NCBI GenBank assembly: GCA_964463875.1
Contig: CAYXEG010000001.1
Coordinates: 13,714 to 77,713, forward strand
Direction: 5' to 3'
DNA length: 64,000 nt
Source: an uncultured Dehalococcoidales bacterium
GTDB lineage: Bacteria > Chloroflexota > Dehalococcoidia > Dehalococcoidales > UBA2162
Positions 50,856 through 60,298 of the stretch are shown here, piece after piece (the first letter of the stretch is position 1; the number at the start of each line of letters is the position of its first letter). The position numbers and the translations under genes are program-made. The notes beneath the pieces were generated by a model that was not told the origin of the DNA, did not search any database, and saw only the letters and a program-made list of their open reading frames with translations.

Positions 50856-51761
50856 ATGGTACGGACAGAATCAAAAAATCAACGCACAGGTTTCACCCTG
50901 ATAGAACTATTAATTGTGATTGGGCTTCTGGGTGTTCTGGCTGCCATCGCTGCACCGATGGCAATCCGCCATTTCGAAGGAGTGAGAACAACCGCTGACG
51001 AAGCCACTGTAAAAATTCTGAACGAAACTACTGCACTTTATCAAATCGAAGAGAAAATAACCGAAGGCGATATTTTCGCCGGAATTGAAGATGATTCGGA
51101 ACGAATGGAACAGCTTGTTACCCGGGGATACATCAGAGAAGCTGTCAGTCCCCGGCAAAAAGACACCGAATTTGCCTGGCACATAATCAGTCAAAGCTGG
51201 ATATACCGTTCGACATTGAATGATGTGGAATACCCCGATTGGACCGACTCAACCACCTATCTGGCAGGGGATACTGTAGTTTATGACGGCCGGATTTTCG
51301 AGGCACGAACCTGGACTCAGAACCAAATCCCGGGAGATACGGATAGTCCCTGGCAGGAAATTACCGGCGAATGGCGAGGGTTCAATGTCTATTTCGAAGG
51401 TGATGTCGTCTTGCACGAAGGAATACAATACCAGGCGAGGAACTGGACGCAGAATGCCGTTCCCGGTTTGATTGACAGTCCCTGGCAGGAAATTACCGGC
51501 GAATGGCGGGGGTTCAATGTCTATTTCGAAGATGATGTCGTCTTGTACGAAGGAGCACAATACCAGGCGAGGAACTGGACACAGAACGCTGTTCCTGGCC
51601 TGATTACCAGTCCCTGGCAGGAAATAACCGACGAATGGCGCAGTTTTAACATTTATCAGGCTGGCAACATCGTTGTGCATAACAGTACGCATTACAGGGC
51701 GAAATGGTATACCCAGAATGAGGAACCGGGGATTTCTTCCGCCTGGCAAGTAATCGATTGA
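50856..51761 (+). CDS. Type IV pilin-like (prepilin N-terminus) protein fused to four CBM5/12-like repeats
   Basis: Leader MVRTESKNQRTG | FTLIELLIVIGLLGVLAAIA (G-1, F+1, E+5). Then 4x W/Y..Y..GD.V...G..Y.A..WTQN..PG....W units. Confidence 0.8.
   Translation: MVRTESKNQRTGFTLIELLIVIGLLGVLAAIAAPMAIRHFEGVRTTADEATVKILNETTALYQIEEKITEGDIFAGIEDDSERMEQLVTRGYIREAVSPRQKDTEFAWHIISQSWIYRSTLNDVEYPDWTDSTTYLAGDTVVYDGRIFEARTWTQNQIPGDTDSPWQEITGEWRGFNVYFEGDVVLHEGIQYQARNWTQNAVPGLIDSPWQEITGEWRGFNVYFEDDVVLYEGAQYQARNWTQNAVPGLITSPWQEITDEWRSFNIYQAGNIVVHNSTHYRAKWYTQNEEPGISSAWQVID
51231..51758 (+). repeat. Four tandem 132-bp (44-codon) coding repeats
   Basis: Copies 51361-51492 and 51493-51624 differ at about a dozen positions by eye. 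The flanking copies are more diverged. Confidence 0.9.
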
Positions 51762-51862
51762 TCCTGGCCAGGAATTTTTTCGATTAATCATCAGTTCCTT
51801 TGCTTGTATAGTTAATTCATACTATAGTATGATAATAGTATGAATACAATTGGGGTGTTGAG

Positions 51863-52117
51863 ATGAACAGGAGCACGAAAGTTGCGATAAGCCTGCCCGG
51901 GGATATCCTGGCTGTTATCGAAAAAGAGCGGAAAGCAACCGGAGAAAGTCGCAGTGAGTTCTTCCGGCGGGCGATAGAAACTCTTTTGGGCCAGCAGCGG
52001 GAATCGGAAGCAGTTCAAGCCTACATTAAGGGGTATCGAAATCAGCCGGAAACCGCCGAAGAGATAGAAGCTTTGCACAAGGCGGGAGTCGAAGCGCTTT
52101 CCGGAGAACCCTGGTAA
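51863..52117 (+). CDS. Ribbon-helix-helix (CopG/MazE-like) antitoxin
   Basis: 84 aa with STKVAISLPGDILAVIEKERKATGESRSEFFRRAIE. Its stop overlaps the toxin start (TAATG). Confidence 0.8.
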   Translation: MNRSTKVAISLPGDILAVIEKERKATGESRSEFFRRAIETLLGQQRESEAVQAYIKGYRNQPETAEEIEALHKAGVEALSGEPW

Positions 52118-52437
52118 TGAGGCAGGGTGAAATCTGGTGGGCAGAACTTGAACCGCCGGCCGGGAGACGTCCGGTGTTGCTCCTGTCACGCGACGAAGCC
52201 TGTGCCGTACGGGAACTGGTAACGGTAGCGCCGCTTACCACCCGAATCCGCCACATCCCCTCGGAAGTGCCTCTCGGTCCTGAAGACGGTCTTCCGAAAC
52301 CTTGTGTCGTTAACCTGGACATCATAACAACCATCAGGAAATCAGCCCTGACAGACCGGCTGGCGGTTCTCGACCGGGAAAAATGGCGAGCCGTCGAACT
52401 GGCGATACTCTTCGTCTTTCATCTGAAAACACCATGA
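52117..52437 (+). CDS. mazF: MazF/PemK-family endoribonuclease toxin
   Basis: RQGEIWWAELEPPAGRRPVLLLSRD...VTVAPLTT. Confidence 0.85.
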   Translation: MRQGEIWWAELEPPAGRRPVLLLSRDEACAVRELVTVAPLTTRIRHIPSEVPLGPEDGLPKPCVVNLDIITTIRKSALTDRLAVLDREKWRAVELAILFVFHLKTP

Positions 52438-52498
52438 AAAATCTGCCGGATGGTATATAATGATACTATCGCGTTGTGCATGATGGGATGAAACGATA

Positions 52499-53953
52499 GT
52501 GAAAAAGATACGATTTTACAGCACGAACAACAAATCGGAACAGGCGAGTTTCAAGCAGGCGCTGATGAACGGGCTGGCTTCCGATTACGGTCTCTACATG
52601 CTGCCGAAAGCGGACATTCCGAGGCTTGAACCGGAGACGATAGCCTCGATGAAAGGCCGTCCCTATGCCGAAATCGCCTTCCGGGTACTCAACCCGTTCC
52701 TCGGAGAAGAGATACCTGTCGAAGACCTGCGGCCGCTCCTTGAATCGGCCTACGATGAAAGCGTCATCCCGACGAAGGTGCAGCCCATCACCGGGAAAAC
52801 TCACATCATGTGGCTGACGAACGGCCCGACCTATTCCTTCAAGGATTATGCCGCCCGGCTCTACGGACGGGCTTTGAATTATTTCCTGAAGAAAGAACAA
52901 AAAAAGAGAGTGGTGGTCGTTGCCACGAGCGGCGATACCGGCGGGGCGGTCGCCGATGCTGTCCACGGCCTGGAGAGCGTCTCCTGTATCGTCTTCTTCC
53001 CGAAAGCCCGCGTTTCCGACCATCAGCGCCGGCAGATGACTACCCTGGGGAAGAATATCTACGCCGTCGAGGTCAACGGCGATTTCGATACCTGCCAGGC
53101 AATCGTCAAACGCATCCTGGGCGATAAATCCTTCTCCCGTCATGTCTTCGATGACCCGGACCGCTTTACCTCAGCGAACTCGATAAGCGTTGGACGTCTT
53201 CTGCCGCAGGCGGTCTATCCCTTCTACGCCTACTCGCGGGTAGCCGATTACGATGAACCGATGATTCTGAGTATCCCCTCCGGTAATTTCGGGAACATGA
53301 TGGGCTCGGTGATTGCCAAAGCGATGGGTCTGCCGATTTCGAAGATTCTCTGCGGCGTCAACGAGAATACCGAGTTTGCGGACTTCATGACCGACTGGAA
53401 ATTTCAGGTTCGGAAAACGGTCTTTTCTCCCTCGGTAGCGATGAATGTCTCCAATCCGAGCAACTTTGCCCGGCTGATAGATTTCTACGGCGGCCATGTC
53501 TTTGATAAGCGCGACGCAAAAGGGCAGGTCGTCATGCCGGGCGTCATGGACAGAATGCCGGATATCGAAGCCATGAAGAACGACCTTTTCTCAATCAGCG
53601 TCTCGAACGAAGACCACTACCGCACCATGAAAGAGGTCTATGACCGGTACGGCGTGATTATCGAACCGCACGGGGCGGTTGGCTGGAAGACGCTCGATGT
53701 CTACCTGAAAGGGAAGCATGACCAACTGGCGGTCGTCGATGAAACGGCCGATCCCGGCAAGTTCCCGGACGATATCATGAAAGCCATTGGAAAACTACCC
53801 GAGATACCTGAGAACATTCACCGGCAGGAAAAGCTCGACGAACGGATTTACCAGGTTGAAGAAGAACCGGATATCGATTCGGTCGGCTCGATGGTCGTCA
53901 GCGACCGGCAGTACGAGAGAGTCAGACAGATTCTTACCGGGATATTTACCTAA
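52499..53953 (+). CDS. thrC: Threonine synthase (long form)
   Basis: GTG start. YSTNNKSEQASFKQALMNGLASDYGLYMLP, the SFKDYAAR PLP-lysine context, and ATSGDTGGA. Confidence 0.85.
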   Translation: MKKIRFYSTNNKSEQASFKQALMNGLASDYGLYMLPKADIPRLEPETIASMKGRPYAEIAFRVLNPFLGEEIPVEDLRPLLESAYDESVIPTKVQPITGKTHIMWLTNGPTYSFKDYAARLYGRALNYFLKKEQKKRVVVVATSGDTGGAVADAVHGLESVSCIVFFPKARVSDHQRRQMTTLGKNIYAVEVNGDFDTCQAIVKRILGDKSFSRHVFDDPDRFTSANSISVGRLLPQAVYPFYAYSRVADYDEPMILSIPSGNFGNMMGSVIAKAMGLPISKILCGVNENTEFADFMTDWKFQVRKTVFSPSVAMNVSNPSNFARLIDFYGGHVFDKRDAKGQVVMPGVMDRMPDIEAMKNDLFSISVSNEDHYRTMKEVYDRYGVIIEPHGAVGWKTLDVYLKGKHDQLAVVDETADPGKFPDDIMKAIGKLPEIPENIHRQEKLDERIYQVEEEPDIDSVGSMVVSDRQYERVRQILTGIFT

Positions 53954-53955
53954 AA

Positions 53956-54921
53956 TTATTCCCGATATAGTGAAATAGTCTGCCTGGCGAAATCGAGGAC
54001 GCTGACGCGCAGGGAAATCGGTTCGAGTACCTCGATGCCTCTTCCGCAGGCGATTACAAACGTCCTGGCCGCTTCAAGGGTCTCGAACGGGAGTTCGACA
54101 TGGAAATACCCCTGCGAGTCAGGCAGTGTCGATTGGATTTTCTCTCTTACCTGTTTGCCGAATCTCACCTTCAATATCGGAATGAATTCCGGCGCGACCC
54201 GAACGAGGGCAATATAAGCAGAGAAGTGTTCTTCCTGGTGCCGGCTCCATTCCTGCCAGAATTCCGCCAGGTTGAAATCAACCGGGCGTTCGAAAAATTC
54301 CTCTGATAGAGAGACTTCCCGTAGCGAGGCCACCCGGCGGGCGCGAATCTTTCCCTGATGAGCGTAGACAATATACCAGTCGCCTGCCTTAGCGACGAGG
54401 CCGTATGGTTCGACCCGGAGACGGATATCCCCCGGGAACGGCAGGCTGTAGCTGATATCGATTTTCCTGTTCTCGAGCACACCTTGATAGATAGTCCGGA
54501 GATACGGCACCGGCTCTGCTTCCTGCTGCCACCAGGTGGAATCCAGCAGAATCCGGCGGTTCAGCTTCATTTCATCGATGAGGCTGTCCCGGTTCAGCGA
54601 GGCGGATAGTTTCAGCAGGGCGGTCCGGAGTTCTTTCCCGATACCCAGTTTCACCAGCGGTTCCGGGATATCGAGCGAAAGGAGCGCCCGCAGTTCGTTA
54701 TTGGTCAGCCCGGTCAACCGGGTGCGGTAGTTATCGAGCAGGGCATAACCGCCGTCCGGCCCCGGTGCGCCGTACACGGGAATCCCGGCGGTCGTCAGAG
54801 CGTCGATATCCCGGTAGATAGTTCTTTCCGAAACCTCCAGTTCCTCAGCCAGTTTCCCGGCGGAAACCTTTCCCCGGGATTGCAGGAGAAGCAGCAACGA
54901 TATCAGTCGGTCGGCTCGCAT
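53956..54921 (-). CDS. HTH + WYL-domain transcriptional regulator (YafY-like)
   Basis: MRADRLISLLLLLQSRGKVSAGKLAEELEVSERTIYRDIDAL and a WYL-type block, GDWYIVYAHQGKIRARRV. Confidence 0.85.
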   Translation of the reverse strand: MRADRLISLLLLLQSRGKVSAGKLAEELEVSERTIYRDIDALTTAGIPVYGAPGPDGGYALLDNYRTRLTGLTNNELRALLSLDIPEPLVKLGIGKELRTALLKLSASLNRDSLIDEMKLNRRILLDSTWWQQEAEPVPYLRTIYQGVLENRKIDISYSLPFPGDIRLRVEPYGLVAKAGDWYIVYAHQGKIRARRVASLREVSLSEEFFERPVDFNLAEFWQEWSRHQEEHFSAYIALVRVAPEFIPILKVRFGKQVREKIQSTLPDSQGYFHVELPFETLEAARTFVIACGRGIEVLEPISLRVSVLDFARQTISLYRE

Positions 54922-55033
54922 TTTCCTTCCTTTCTTATTGTTTTAACAGTACCATGAAATACTGACACAGGATGTCAGTATTTCAGTATACAGTAGAATC
55001 ATCGGAAATAACATCGGCTGTCAGGAGGATACG

Positions 55034-55519
55034 ATGAGTACTGAAAAACAAATAGAGGTAATAATCAAAAAATTCGAACCGATGCGCGTCGCCAGCTTTT
55101 ACGGATTCGGCAAGAGTCCCGAAAACATTGCCATGGAAAAACTGGTCGCCTGGGCGAAATCGAGAGGGTACCTCGATACCCCCGGCGAACACCGGATTTT
55201 CGGCTTCAATAATCCGAATCCCTCACCGGGTTCGGTGAACTATGGATATGAGTTCTGGATAACCGTTGGCGGGGATGTCGAACCGGAAGGCGATATCCGG
55301 ATTCACCAGTTCAACGGCGGGCTGTATGCTGTCACCCGCTGCTACAATGTGGGGCCGGAAGGAAAAGGTATCACCGAAACCTGGATGAAGCTGTTCTCCT
55401 GGATTCAGGGCAGCCGGTACAATATCGCCTCCCATCAGTCGCTCGAAGAACACATCGGCGCCTTTCCCCCAACAATAGAAACGATGGTACTGGATATCTG
55501 CATGCCGGTTTCGGAATAA
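55034..55519 (+). CDS. GyrI-like small-molecule-binding domain protein
   Basis: 161 aa with FEPMRVASFYGFG...RIFGFNNP...GGLYAVTRC. Divergent from the WYL regulator. Confidence 0.7.
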   Translation: MSTEKQIEVIIKKFEPMRVASFYGFGKSPENIAMEKLVAWAKSRGYLDTPGEHRIFGFNNPNPSPGSVNYGYEFWITVGGDVEPEGDIRIHQFNGGLYAVTRCYNVGPEGKGITETWMKLFSWIQGSRYNIASHQSLEEHIGAFPPTIETMVLDICMPVSE

Positions 55520-55528
55520 CCGTCTCCG

Positions 55529-56638
55529 TTACAGGAACGGAAACTTATACCCGGTCAGGTTCAGTTCTTTGACCAGTTGTCGGATATCTTTCTGTAACGG
55601 CTCGTTGACCGGAATGCCGGTTTTCTTTCTCTCCAGCCCGGCGAGGTACTCTTTCTCGCCGGCGGTGTAAATCCGGTCGTGCCCGGGAGCTTTTTTCGAG
55701 GCTCGCAATTCCCTCAGAATTTCTCCGGCAGTCTTTTTGAACTCAACCGGTTCGGTGAACTCGCTGATATTGATAGCGATAAAGAAATGCCCCAGGTGAT
55801 ACGGTTCGGGTTTGCCGACTTTCATGCCGATAAGCTGCTTCAGGTAGTTGCCTGACTGTAAAGCAGCGGAGAGAATTTCCACGAGCGTCGCATAGCCGTA
55901 GCCCTTATACCCGCCGAGTTCTTCGCCGATTCCCCCCAGCGGCGCCAGGGCAGCCGTGCCTTTGACAAGGTCGATGAGCACCTGTTTTGAATCCGTTTTC
56001 GGCTGCCCGTCCTCGCCGATAACCCAGCCTTCCGGCATGGTTTTTCCCAGCCGGTCATAGACTTCAATCTTGCCTCGCTGGGTAATCGAGGTGGCGCAGT
56101 CGATGACGAAGGGGAAATCCTCATCGGTCGGCAGGCCGAAGGTCAGCGGATTGGTGCCGAGCATGTTTTCCACGCCGAAGGTAGGGGCAATGGAAGGCCG
56201 GGCGTTGGTACCGGTAATGCCAATCATATCTTCTTTGGCGGCCATCATGACATAGTAGCCGGCGATACCGTAATGGGTTGAGTTGCGGACAGCCACCATC
56301 CCCATGCCGTGCCGCTTCGCTTTTTCGATTGCCAGGGTCATCGATTTCTTCGCGATAACCTGCCCCATGCCGTCGTGCCCGTCGACGACGGCCGTCGTCA
56401 TACCTTCCCGGACGATTTCGAAGTTCGTCACCGGGAACTGGATGCCGGCCTTGATTCGGTCGTAGTAAATCGGTTTCAGCCGTCCGATGCCGTGAGAATC
56501 GATTCCCCGTTTATCCGCTTCAATCAGCACCTCAGCACAGATTTTCGCGTCGGCTTCGGGAACACCGACTCCTTTAAAGACATCCGCCATGAACCGTTCC
56601 ATGATATCGGCATCTATCCGGTAAACGTTGTCACTCAT
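55529..56638 (-). CDS. Ldh_2-family oxidoreductase (type-2 malate/L-lactate/sulfolactate dehydrogenase family)
   Basis: ADKRGIDSHGIGRL, VAVRNSTHYG, GTNPLTFGLP. The ATG at 56638 has an AGGGG SD 7 nt upstream; the alternative start is GTG 56653. Confidence 0.8.
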   Translation of the reverse strand: MSDNVYRIDADIMERFMADVFKGVGVPEADAKICAEVLIEADKRGIDSHGIGRLKPIYYDRIKAGIQFPVTNFEIVREGMTTAVVDGHDGMGQVIAKKSMTLAIEKAKRHGMGMVAVRNSTHYGIAGYYVMMAAKEDMIGITGTNARPSIAPTFGVENMLGTNPLTFGLPTDEDFPFVIDCATSITQRGKIEVYDRLGKTMPEGWVIGEDGQPKTDSKQVLIDLVKGTAALAPLGGIGEELGGYKGYGYATLVEILSAALQSGNYLKQLIGMKVGKPEPYHLGHFFIAINISEFTEPVEFKKTAGEILRELRASKKAPGHDRIYTAGEKEYLAGLERKKTGIPVNEPLQKDIRQLVKELNLTGYKFPFL

Positions 56639-56806
56639 TCTCTTACCCCTCACCGCTGTTTTTCTGTTTATACTGTATCATAGCCCAAAACGGCCGTGCG
56701 GGAAAACCAGCATTGTTCGGCATGGAGCTATCCGTCTCTTTTTGTGTTAGAATTTGAAAGAAGCAGGCGAAAAGGCTTTACCGAATACCTGAAAAGAAGC
56801 GAACCA

Positions 56807-57964
56807 ATGAAAGATAACGTCGTCAGACTCAGTTACAATGATAAAGAAATTATTCTCATCGGCACCGCCCACGTTTCGCAGGAAAGCGCCGAACTGGTGA
56901 AGCGGGTTATCGAAGAAGAACGGCCGGACAGCGTTTGTGTCGAACTCGATGAAGGCCGGTATGAGAACCTGCGGAATCCGCAGTCGTGGGAAAATACGGA
57001 TGTCGTACAGATTATCAAAACGAAGAGAACCGGTTTTTTACTGGCTAACCTGGTGCTGGGCTCGTTCCAGAAAAACATCGCCCGGCAACTGGGGACGAAG
57101 GTTGGGCAGGAAATGCTCCAGGGCATAGAAAGCGCCCGGGAAACCGGCGCCGGACTGGTGCTGGCCGATCGCCCCATCCAGACCACCTTTCTGCGCATCT
57201 GGCGGAAACTGGGCTTATGGGAAAAAACGAAGCTGTTCTTCAGCCTGCTGTTTTCATTCAGCGAGGACGTCGGGCTGACCAGCGACGATGTCAACGACCT
57301 TCTGAAAGATGAAACCCTGGAGTCCGTTATCACCGAAATGAGGAAAAAATTCCCGGTCATCGGCCGGATTTTGATAAGCGAGCGCGACCAGTACCTGGCT
57401 TCCCGTATCCGGGAAGCCCCCGGGAGAAAAGTGGTAGCGATTCTCGGAGGCGCTCACGTGCCGGGCGTGAAAGAAGAAATCTACAAAGAACAGGATATCG
57501 CTGCAATTACTGAAATTCCCCGGGGAAGTCCGGTTTTCAAGTTACTCGGCTGGGTTATTCCCGTGGCGGTTCTCGGGTTGTTCATCTACGGGTTTGCGGT
57601 TAATGTCCAGACCGGGCTGGAGCAGCTTTCGGTCTGGTTTATCTGGAACAGCGCCCTGGCGGGCCTGTTTACGGCCCTGGTGCTGGGGCATCCCCTCAGT
57701 ATTCTGACGGCGCTTGTGTCGGCACCGTTCACCTCGATGAACCCCTTCCTTGCCTGCGGCTGGCTGGCCGGCCTTGTCGAAGCTACCGTCAGGAAACCGA
57801 CCGTGCATGATTTGCAGAACGTCTCCCGGGATTTCGGCAGCTTCAGGGGTTTTTTCAGGAACCGGTTCCTCAAGGCGCTTGCGGTCGTCATTGCTGCTAA
57901 CATCGGCAGCACCATCGGCACCTTCGTCGCCGGGACGAATATCATAAGAAATCTGTTCAGTTAA
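56807..57964 (+). CDS. TraB/GumN-family protein with C-terminal membrane domain
   Basis: IILIGTAHVSQESAELVKRVIEEERPDSVCVELDEGR, with hydrophobic C-terminal helices. The start is placed at the internal ATG 56807. Confidence 0.8.
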   Translation: MKDNVVRLSYNDKEIILIGTAHVSQESAELVKRVIEEERPDSVCVELDEGRYENLRNPQSWENTDVVQIIKTKRTGFLLANLVLGSFQKNIARQLGTKVGQEMLQGIESARETGAGLVLADRPIQTTFLRIWRKLGLWEKTKLFFSLLFSFSEDVGLTSDDVNDLLKDETLESVITEMRKKFPVIGRILISERDQYLASRIREAPGRKVVAILGGAHVPGVKEEIYKEQDIAAITEIPRGSPVFKLLGWVIPVAVLGLFIYGFAVNVQTGLEQLSVWFIWNSALAGLFTALVLGHPLSILTALVSAPFTSMNPFLACGWLAGLVEATVRKPTVHDLQNVSRDFGSFRGFFRNRFLKALAVVIAANIGSTIGTFVAGTNIIRNLFS

Positions 57965-57988
57965 GGTACCCGGAACAGGCAAGACCGT

Positions 57989-59746
57989 CTAATCGCCGGT
58001 CAGCTTCGAGATTTCTCCGAGAACAGCTTTAATGTAAGTCCTGTCGATTTGTCCGGTCGGAGCTTTCGTTTCGAAAATTCTCTCGGGGATTCTCAGAGTA
58101 TCGAGGGAAAATCCTTCCCGAACCTTGAACCGGTACTTGTCATGGTATATCTGTCGCCCGATTCTCGTCAGTTCCTCTTCCGTCAGGTCCATTCCCGCCA
58201 GCTTCAGGCTTCGGATGACAGTTGCCGGAACATACAGGCCGCGCGCGAAAAAACACACCACCATCGACGACAGAATCTGCCGCCACTGTTCTTCCTTGAC
58301 GAGGGTTTCAGCCAGTTCTTTCGGCGACATTTCCCGTTTCATCAGGGTTTTCTGGTCGACACTGTACCCGCCGTTATCGAGATGGCTGTGGCGCATGCCG
58401 GCGAGGACCCCGATATGAGCTGCCGGGCCGGTATGGTAACCGGGCATTTCATTGCCGCCAAAGGAGAGGGCAAACTCTTCTCCGCCGTATTCGGAGGCGG
58501 CGAATTCGACCCCCCGTGCCAGCCCCCGGTAAAAACGGTTCGGCTGCGTGTTTATCAGCTCGACGGCTTCGATATACGAGGTATAATCGCCCCAGGTGAA
58601 CCGGATACCGAGCGTATCCGCCTCTTTGATAAAGCCTTTTTGCATGGCCTCGGTTGCCCAGGCCAGGACGACCCCCGCGCTCATCGCGTCCATGCCGAAT
58701 TTTTCGACTTTTTCGAGCAGTTTAAGGAAACCCCGGGCTTCGGTGATACCGAGCATCGAACCGAGCGAGTAGATAGTTTCGTAGTCGTATGAAATCATCG
58801 AGGTCTTGTAGAAATAAGACTCATCGGCATAGGGTTCTCTCAGGGCGGCGATGTGAATGCAACTGACCGGGCAATGGGAGCAGGCAAGCCTCCTGCCGAG
58901 GAAATTCTCGGCAAGGCTTTCCCCGGAAAGCTCTTCCGCACCCTCGAATTTCGTTTCCTGCAGGTTCCGGGTCGGCAGACCCCCCAGCAGATTGAGGGGA
59001 AGGACGTTTTCGGCCGTGCCCAGGTCATGGTACTTCTGCATGACACTGGATTTCGTTATCGATTCGTAGAGTTCGTCGTACAATTTCCGGTATTCGCGCC
59101 TGTCAGGAACGGAAATCGAACGTTTCCCGGTGACGACGACCGCCTTGAGTTTCTTGCTGCCGAAGACCGCCCCGAGTCCCAGCCTGCCGAAATGACGGTA
59201 GGTTTCGGTGGTGACTCCGGCATATCTGACGAGACGTTCACCCGCGCCGCCGATGCGCATAATGGTCCGCAGCCCGCTGCCGGATTCGTTTTCCCGGATA
59301 ATCCGCCCGACGGTGAAGCTGCTTTCCATACCCCAGATGGTTGAAGCGTTCCGGAATTCCACTCCTTTTCCGGTGATGGTAAGGTAAATCGGCAGTTCGC
59401 TGGCTCCCTTAATGACGATTGCTCCGTATCCGGCCATCCGGATAGAGATGGCGCTCCGCCCGCCGCAGTGGCTCTCTCCCAGATTGCCGGTGAGGGGTGA
59501 TTTGAACATGGCAACGGTTTTCGAGGCAAGGGGAAGTACCCCCGTCAGAGGGCCGACCGCGAAAATAACCGGATTATCCGGCCCGAGCGAATCGGCGTTT
59601 TCCGGGCATTCCTCAGCAAGGAGAGCGGTGGCAACACCGGTGCCGCCGATATACCGGGTAAAGAGTTCCGGCCTTTTTTCCACCCGAAAACTCTTGTCCG
59701 TCAAGTTAACATAAAGAACACGGTCTAAACTGGCATCAGTCAGCAT
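57989..59746 (-). CDS. aor: Aldehyde:ferredoxin oxidoreductase family (tungstopterin) enzyme
   Basis: 585 aa. RVLYVNLTDKSF...YIGGTGVATALL...GPLTG... and ...CSHCPVSC... are typical of AOR. Confidence 0.85.
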   Translation of the reverse strand: MLTDASLDRVLYVNLTDKSFRVEKRPELFTRYIGGTGVATALLAEECPENADSLGPDNPVIFAVGPLTGVLPLASKTVAMFKSPLTGNLGESHCGGRSAISIRMAGYGAIVIKGASELPIYLTITGKGVEFRNASTIWGMESSFTVGRIIRENESGSGLRTIMRIGGAGERLVRYAGVTTETYRHFGRLGLGAVFGSKKLKAVVVTGKRSISVPDRREYRKLYDELYESITKSSVMQKYHDLGTAENVLPLNLLGGLPTRNLQETKFEGAEELSGESLAENFLGRRLACSHCPVSCIHIAALREPYADESYFYKTSMISYDYETIYSLGSMLGITEARGFLKLLEKVEKFGMDAMSAGVVLAWATEAMQKGFIKEADTLGIRFTWGDYTSYIEAVELINTQPNRFYRGLARGVEFAASEYGGEEFALSFGGNEMPGYHTGPAAHIGVLAGMRHSHLDNGGYSVDQKTLMKREMSPKELAETLVKEEQWRQILSSMVVCFFARGLYVPATVIRSLKLAGMDLTEEELTRIGRQIYHDKYRFKVREGFSLDTLRIPERIFETKAPTGQIDRTYIKAVLGEISKLTGD

Positions 59747-60152
59747 TTTCCACCCTCTCCTCTTTTTTCAGTTCGAGGACACCGTGAGGGCAGTAACTGG
59801 TACAGTAACCGCAGTGAATGCAGATAGTAGGTTTGTTGGTCTCCTCGTAGCAGAAAACGGCGCCGATGATGCAGGCATCCCGGCAGTTGCCGCAGCCGAT
59901 GCACTTCGAGGGGTCGAGTTTAACGCCCCCGCCTTTCCGGAGAACAAGAGCTTCGGTAGGGCAGACTTTGGCGCAGGGAGGGTTGACGCAGGCCCGGCAG
60001 ACGATAACGGTGAACCCGCGTTCCATGCCACCGACCGACCGGACTTCGATACAGGTACCCGATAATCCGGCTTCACCCTGCCTCCTGGCACAGGCGAACA
60101 TACAGGACTGACAACCGACACACCGCTCGGCATCGGTAATCGATAATCTCAT
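59736..60152 (-). CDS. Poly-[4Fe-4S] ferredoxin (AOR electron-transfer partner)
   Basis: CVGCQSCMFAC, CRACVNPPCAKVCP, CIGCGNCRDAC, CIHCGYCTSYCP. It overlaps the AOR start by 11 nt. Confidence 0.9.
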   Translation of the reverse strand: MRLSITDAERCVGCQSCMFACARRQGEAGLSGTCIEVRSVGGMERGFTVIVCRACVNPPCAKVCPTEALVLRKGGGVKLDPSKCIGCGNCRDACIIGAVFCYEETNKPTICIHCGYCTSYCPHGVLELKKEERVENAD

Positions 60153-60200
60153 TGAGCAGCTCTTTCTTTACTATCGATACTGACGAGAATGGTACACCGA

Positions 60201-60209
60201 ATTATACCA
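60201..60209 (-). promoter_or_regulatory. Extended -10 element (TGgTATAAT) upstream of ferredoxin/AOR operon
   Basis: The minus strand reads TGGTATAAT (60209->60201). No good -35 is present. Confidence 0.4.
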
Positions 60210-60245
60210 TGATTAACGTTCTGAATGAGGAATCGGGCGGTTAAT

Positions 60246-60272
60246 AAGGGGCTGAGTTACGGTCAACCCCTT
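60246..60272 (-). terminator. Hairpin downstream of the 60299 gene
   Basis: AAGGGG / CCCCTT 6-bp stem with a 15-nt loop. No clear U-tract. Confidence 0.3.
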
Positions 60273-60298
60273 GAGAGGCATCGTCTGCTTTATTTCAT

